From assembly GCA_001179505.1 (NCBI GenBank), contig CDMY01001057.1:1-64000 (forward strand): a DNA stretch of 64,000 bases, given 5' to 3'. The notes beneath the pieces are model-generated. The model saw only the letters and a program-made list of their open reading frames with translations. It did not search any database and was not told where the DNA came from. The position numbers and the translations under genes are program-made. This DNA comes from Vitrella brassicaformis CCMP3155. Lineage: Eukaryota > Protista > Chromerida. Below, in pieces: positions 57,958 through 64,000 of this stretch (the stretch's first letter is position 1; each line of letters begins with the position of its first letter).

Positions 57958-58871
57958 CCTCTCTGTCTCTTTGCGTGCCTTGCTCGCCCATCGATATGGA
58001 TGGCTTGCCACACACGCATGGTCCGTCGGTCGATCGGCCACTCTCCTCACCTTTCAGGAGGGAGGGAGGGAGCATTCATCCATCAATCCATTCATCCATA
58101 CAGGTCAGTCAGGTTCATTGCCAACAACACACACACACACACACATATACATACACACAGTCGTCACTAGGAGGAGCGATTCAAGATGGCCATGAATGGG
58201 GGAGGGTAGGGGGACAGGCAGGCAGGCAAGCACACGGGGGTCTTCCCAAAGGAGCCGCCTCTGTTTGTAGCACTTGTTCGGGCACCACACGGATGGCTGT
58301 CCAAGATAACCTTCGGGAGAAGGTCATCGGGATGGCCGTCCTTTGGCTTCTCGAACAAGCGCGACGAAAGCAAGAGGGAACTCCGCACACAGAAGTGGGC
58401 ACTCGTCCGAGAAAATTGGCGCTCACTGCGATAAAGAGCATCCCCTTCAGACTGCTACAGCGCCACTCAAAGACAGACAGACAGACGGACAGACAGACAT
58501 TTCGCCACTCTCACGCGCAGTTCAGCATAGCCCACAGTCGATCGATCCATCGATCCATCACGACTGCGAAAAATTCGCACCCCCGCCGGCCTATCACTCT
58601 CTTTTCGCCCACCCCGCAGAGCCCGCCAGCTGCACTCGCCCCCGCCAAAGCAACACAAAGAGGGGATTAGACACATAGGTCATGACATGAGTGGGAGGGG
58701 TGGTGGAGCAGGCAGGTTAGGTGCGGCTACAGCAGCACTCAGCCAGCCATTGCGCAAAATGGCCATCCATCCATCGAGGCCACGAAAAAGCTCCCGGAAC
58801 AGAGAAAGAGAAAGGGTGAAGGCAATAGGAAAGGAATAGATGGCGAGGCCGCGACGATCGGCGCCCTTAGG

Positions 58872-60747
<1,876 letters not shown>

Positions 60748-60908
60748 CTCGAGAGCGATATGCCAGCCCGCTTCGTTTGTTTTTTGCTGCTCTAACTCCT
60801 GCGAGCTTAGCGGCAAGAGCGTTGTTGTCGGCCCTGTTCCGTGCTCAGCCAACAGGAGAAGCAGCGGGCCGGTGCCGCTGTGCCGAGATCTGGGACTCAG
60901 ATGGACCA

Positions 60909-62626
60909 ATGGCTGTGCTGAAGCGCATCGGGACCTTCCTGCTCTTCGTCGGGGCTCCAGTGGCTGCAGGAGCCGCAGCATCGGCCTATCGCGAGGCCAA
61001 CTTGCCGCCACGAGGCCCCTACCAAAATGTCAAGGATCTCAAAGACGCCATCGTCGTCGTGACGGGCGCCAACACGGGCATCGGCAAGGCCGCCGTCCAC
61101 CAGCTGGCGCAAAGGGGCTGCCACGTCATCATGGCATGCCGCGATGTCGAAGCGGGGCGCAGGGCGAGAATGGACATCGAGCAGGCCCTGGCCAACCCAG
61201 ACTCGGTCCACATAGAGGTCATCAGGTGCGACCTGGCGGACCTGCACTCGATCAGGCACTTCGTCGATGAGGTGTCCACGCGGTACCACCGGATCTACGC
61301 CTTGGTCAACAACGCGGGCTGCATCCAGTACCACCCGACGCGGACGAGGGACGGCGCCGACCCGACTCTGTACGTCAACTTCCTGGGCCCGGCCCTGCTG
61401 ACGGAGCTGATGCTGCCCTGCCTCAGGCGGGCTGGCACACAGGAGAGGAAAAGCCGAGTGGTGCACGTCAACTCCAGGTAGGTACGTGAGGGACGGATGA
61501 AGGAGAAAGGAGAAAGGACGAAGGGCATACACAACCAACAGGGAGGCAGACATTTCATTTGTCGACCGACCGACTTGTTTTGGATGTTTTGACTGCATGC
61601 AGGTTGCAGTACATCAGCCAGCTGGATGCGACGGCCATCCAGCAGCTGATGAAGCGGCGCACCTCCTACATGCCCACAGATGTCATCCGGGAACTCGCAA
61701 AGGCCGAGCACGAGGCCGCCGCGTCCTACAGCACCCAGCCGCAGCCCACTCAACGAGACTACGCCAGCTACTATGGCGTCCACCGAGACGATGACGACCG
61801 ACCCGCAGAGCCCGACCTCCCCCCTCTGCACAGCCGACTCATGGCGCGCTTCCGGCGGTATGGGGAGGCGCTTCAGGGCTATGCAGAGAAGGCGTATGGC
61901 GTGGCGTCGACAGGGGTGAGGGACTCGCTGCGGATGGTGGGTGCCAAGGCTGAGGGCGAGGAGGGGCTGCGGGGTGTGGGGAAGCAGCGGTGGAACAGCT
62001 CGGCTGCATACGCCAACTCCAAGCTGCTGCAGATGATGCACTGCAAGGAAATGGCCAAGCGGTTCAGAGAGGAAGGGGCGCCCATCACATGTGCGTCTGC
62101 GAGAGAGGGGAATGAATGAACAGCGCAGCAATCGATGTGTGTGTGTGTGTGTGTGTGTACGTATGGTGCTTCCTTCCCCTCAGGCAATGCGGTGACGCCC
62201 GGGATGGTCAACACGGATCTGTTCCGGTCCTACCCCATGGCAGTCCGCGTCCTCACCGCCCCCATACGCAGAATGTTCATGAGGTCAGCCATCCCCTCAA
62301 CCACCCAACCAGAGAGGGAAATGCCTGGATGAATGGCCGTCTTCATGTCGTGTGCAGGACGCCATCTGAGGGTGCGGAGCTGCTCACGTGGGCCGTCACG
62401 AGCGAGGAGCTCAACGACAGCAACGGCGAGTTCTTCGCTGACCGGAAGGTACCCAAGGGGGCATGCATCTGGACGGCGATCGAGACACGTGTCTGTGTTT
62501 GGCTGTGTGTGTCAGGCCGTGCGGGTGAATGATGCTGCGAAGGATGAGTTCCTCGTGGACATGGTGGCGTCGCTGTGGAGGCAGACCGCGAGACAGATGT
62601 TTGTGCTGGCCGATGAGGCGGGCTAG
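60909..62626 (+). CDS. Classical short-chain dehydrogenase/reductase (retinol dehydrogenase RDH12/13-like) with large insertion
   Basis: VVVTGANTGIG, MACRD, CDLADL, LVNNAG, VNFLG, AYANSK (YxxxK), VTPGMVNT. Confidence 0.92.
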
Positions 62627-63050
62627 TGTTGGATGGGGGAAGAAGCAGACAGGCTCGGCCCCGTGTTGGTTTCGTGTGTGACATAGGACATTTAGTGTAT
62701 TGGGACGTGCGTGTGGATTGTATGGCAGTCGATGGCTGTGCTTGTGCTCACCTGTCTGACGGGCTCGGCAAACAGAGTGCACCGTCTCACCGCGGTGGCT
62801 CTTGTTTGTGGAACTCATCGCGCAGGCCAGTACAAGCGTAGTCCATCAGACTGATGCCAAGAAAGACTCATCGCTTCATTCGACCAGTAAAATGATCCCG
62901 CACATGAATGACTCTAGCTGTACACACGAATGGTCTCATCCATGACTGTACAGCACCACGAAGCCTCCCAACTGTACACACACTCGCACGCACGTCTCTC
63001 TCCACAACAGGCAGGCTATGCAGCTATCCATCGTCCCTCCGCTATTATAT

Positions 63051-64000
63051 TTACACGTCCTCCTGCACATTGCCCGTCCCCAGCTTCACATACGCATCAC
63101 CCACCCTACTCAGCAAGTCAACATCCGTCAAATCAAGTGGCGTCGAATCGTTGCCCCGCATCACCGTCTCAGCAACATAGCTCTTCCGGTGACCCGAATA
63201 CGCCCCGGCCTTCTCCAGCCACAGACAGCAAGACGGATATTGGCAGCCGGCACCAGCCTCGGGCGCCCCGTCTGGCAGCCGCTGCACCGCACACCCAGGC
63301 AGGTACCTCTCGGCCGCGGCGGCCTGCTCGATCGTCCACAGGACGCAATTGTTGCTCCAGTCCTCGGCAAAGAAGCCAGTGAACCCGGTGGCGAACCAGG
63401 CGTAGACGAGGCAGTGCTGCGTCTCGGCGCAGGTGGCCTTGCACTCGAATTGCGACGAGGTGGTGAAGGCCCACACGGACGCATATCTGAGCTCGGGGTG
63501 GGCGGCTGCCGTGCCGGGGGCCCCTGGGATGGGCGTGAGGTTGCTGTAGTCCTCAAAGTCGGTCAGGAAGGCCTCAGTGCCGTTGTACGAGACGAAGGGG
63601 AACACCGACCCATAGACACCGGCCGTGGGCTGCCACGAATCGACGAGAAGGTGGGAGAAGCCAGAGTTGGGTGGCAGCGGGGCCAGCTGTGTTGTGAGGC
63701 TGGAGAGATAGTCCTGGACAGCTCCGGCGAGGTGGGTGAAGCAGTAGGTCTGCTGTGTGAAGGTCACGCACCGACCCCGCCACGACAGAGGGATGGCCGG
63801 CAGCTGGAACTGCGAGAAGGGCGTGTCTGTGGTGGCGTTGGCGGCCACGAAGGCCTCGTGCCACACACTGACCACACACCCGCCCCCATCGGTCCGGCTC
63901 GCACACGACTGCTCACATTCACTTCTCGTCGCCGTGTAGGGCCAAGCCCAGCCCTCAGTGGCCTCCAATTGTAGGCGATAGAAGCCGTCTGTCCGGTTCT
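63051..64000 (-). CDS. PAN/apple-domain extracellular protein, 3' portion (runs off the window)
   Basis: Two PAN-like motifs: SECEQSCASRTDGGGCVVSVW and FECKATCAETQHCLVYAW..NNCVL. The frame stays open to base 64000. Confidence 0.65.
   Translation of the reverse strand, partial: NRTDGFYRLQLEATEGWAWPYTATRSECEQSCASRTDGGGCVVSVWHEAFVAANATTDTPFSQFQLPAIPLSWRGRCVTFTQQTYCFTHLAGAVQDYLSSLTTQLAPLPPNSGFSHLLVDSWQPTAGVYGSVFPFVSYNGTEAFLTDFEDYSNLTPIPGAPGTAAAHPELRYASVWAFTTSSQFECKATCAETQHCLVYAWFATGFTGFFAEDWSNNCVLWTIEQAAAAERYLPGCAVQRLPDGAPEAGAGCQYPSCCLWLEKAGAYSGHRKSYVAETVMRGNDSTPLDLTDVDLLSRVGDAYVKLGTGNVQEDV

Noticed and set aside
57570-58670. Long ORFs spanning 57.6-58.7 kb
   Set aside because: They are artefacts of translating through the 300-N gap.
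63018-63974. 318-aa plus-strand ORF, and many similar antisense or CVCVC/HTHT-rich ORFs in the track
   Set aside because: These are shadow ORFs of GC-rich coding sequence or translations of intronic (AC)n/(TG)n microsatellites.

Overview
Intron-rich, GC-rich eukaryotic DNA. The gene content (ion-channel/adenylyl-cyclase fusion, PAN/apple protein, stand-alone ATCase) and the AC/TG-microsatellite introns suggest an alveolate, most likely a chromerid such as Vitrella; this is an inference. Conserved genes: organellar YqgF-like nuclease (9.9-11.4 kb, -), SPT6 (11.5-22.7 kb, +), TMEM184/OST-alpha (46.4-48.6 kb), ion channel-adenylyl cyclase (51.6-57 kb, -), aspartate carbamoyltransferase (58.9-60.7 kb, -), RDH-type SDR (60.9-62.6 kb) and the 3' part of a PAN/apple protein at the right edge. 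Accessory regions: (i) 0.7-9.3 kb, one spliceable chimera of a degenerate N-lobe-less CDK, a twice-repeated unknown-domain+ankyrin module, a coiled coil and a RING, broken by one TAA; (ii) 24.8-36.1 kb, a shuffling island with two highly divergent kinases, an MLLE + polynucleotide-kinase-like fusion and an inverted pair of small paralogues whose non-coding parts are better conserved than their coding parts; (iii) 36.4-43.7 kb, an intron-free tyrosine-recombinase (DIRS/Ngaro-class) retrotransposon with 61-bp direct repeats, an extra signal-peptide-like ORF, a 138-bp tandem array, gag, RT/RNase H (frameshifted by a 22-bp duplication) and an intact YR. A 300-N gap lies at 57658-57957. No rRNA, tRNA or CRISPR array was recognised. 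Exon structures were reconstructed by eye, so gene ends are approximate.
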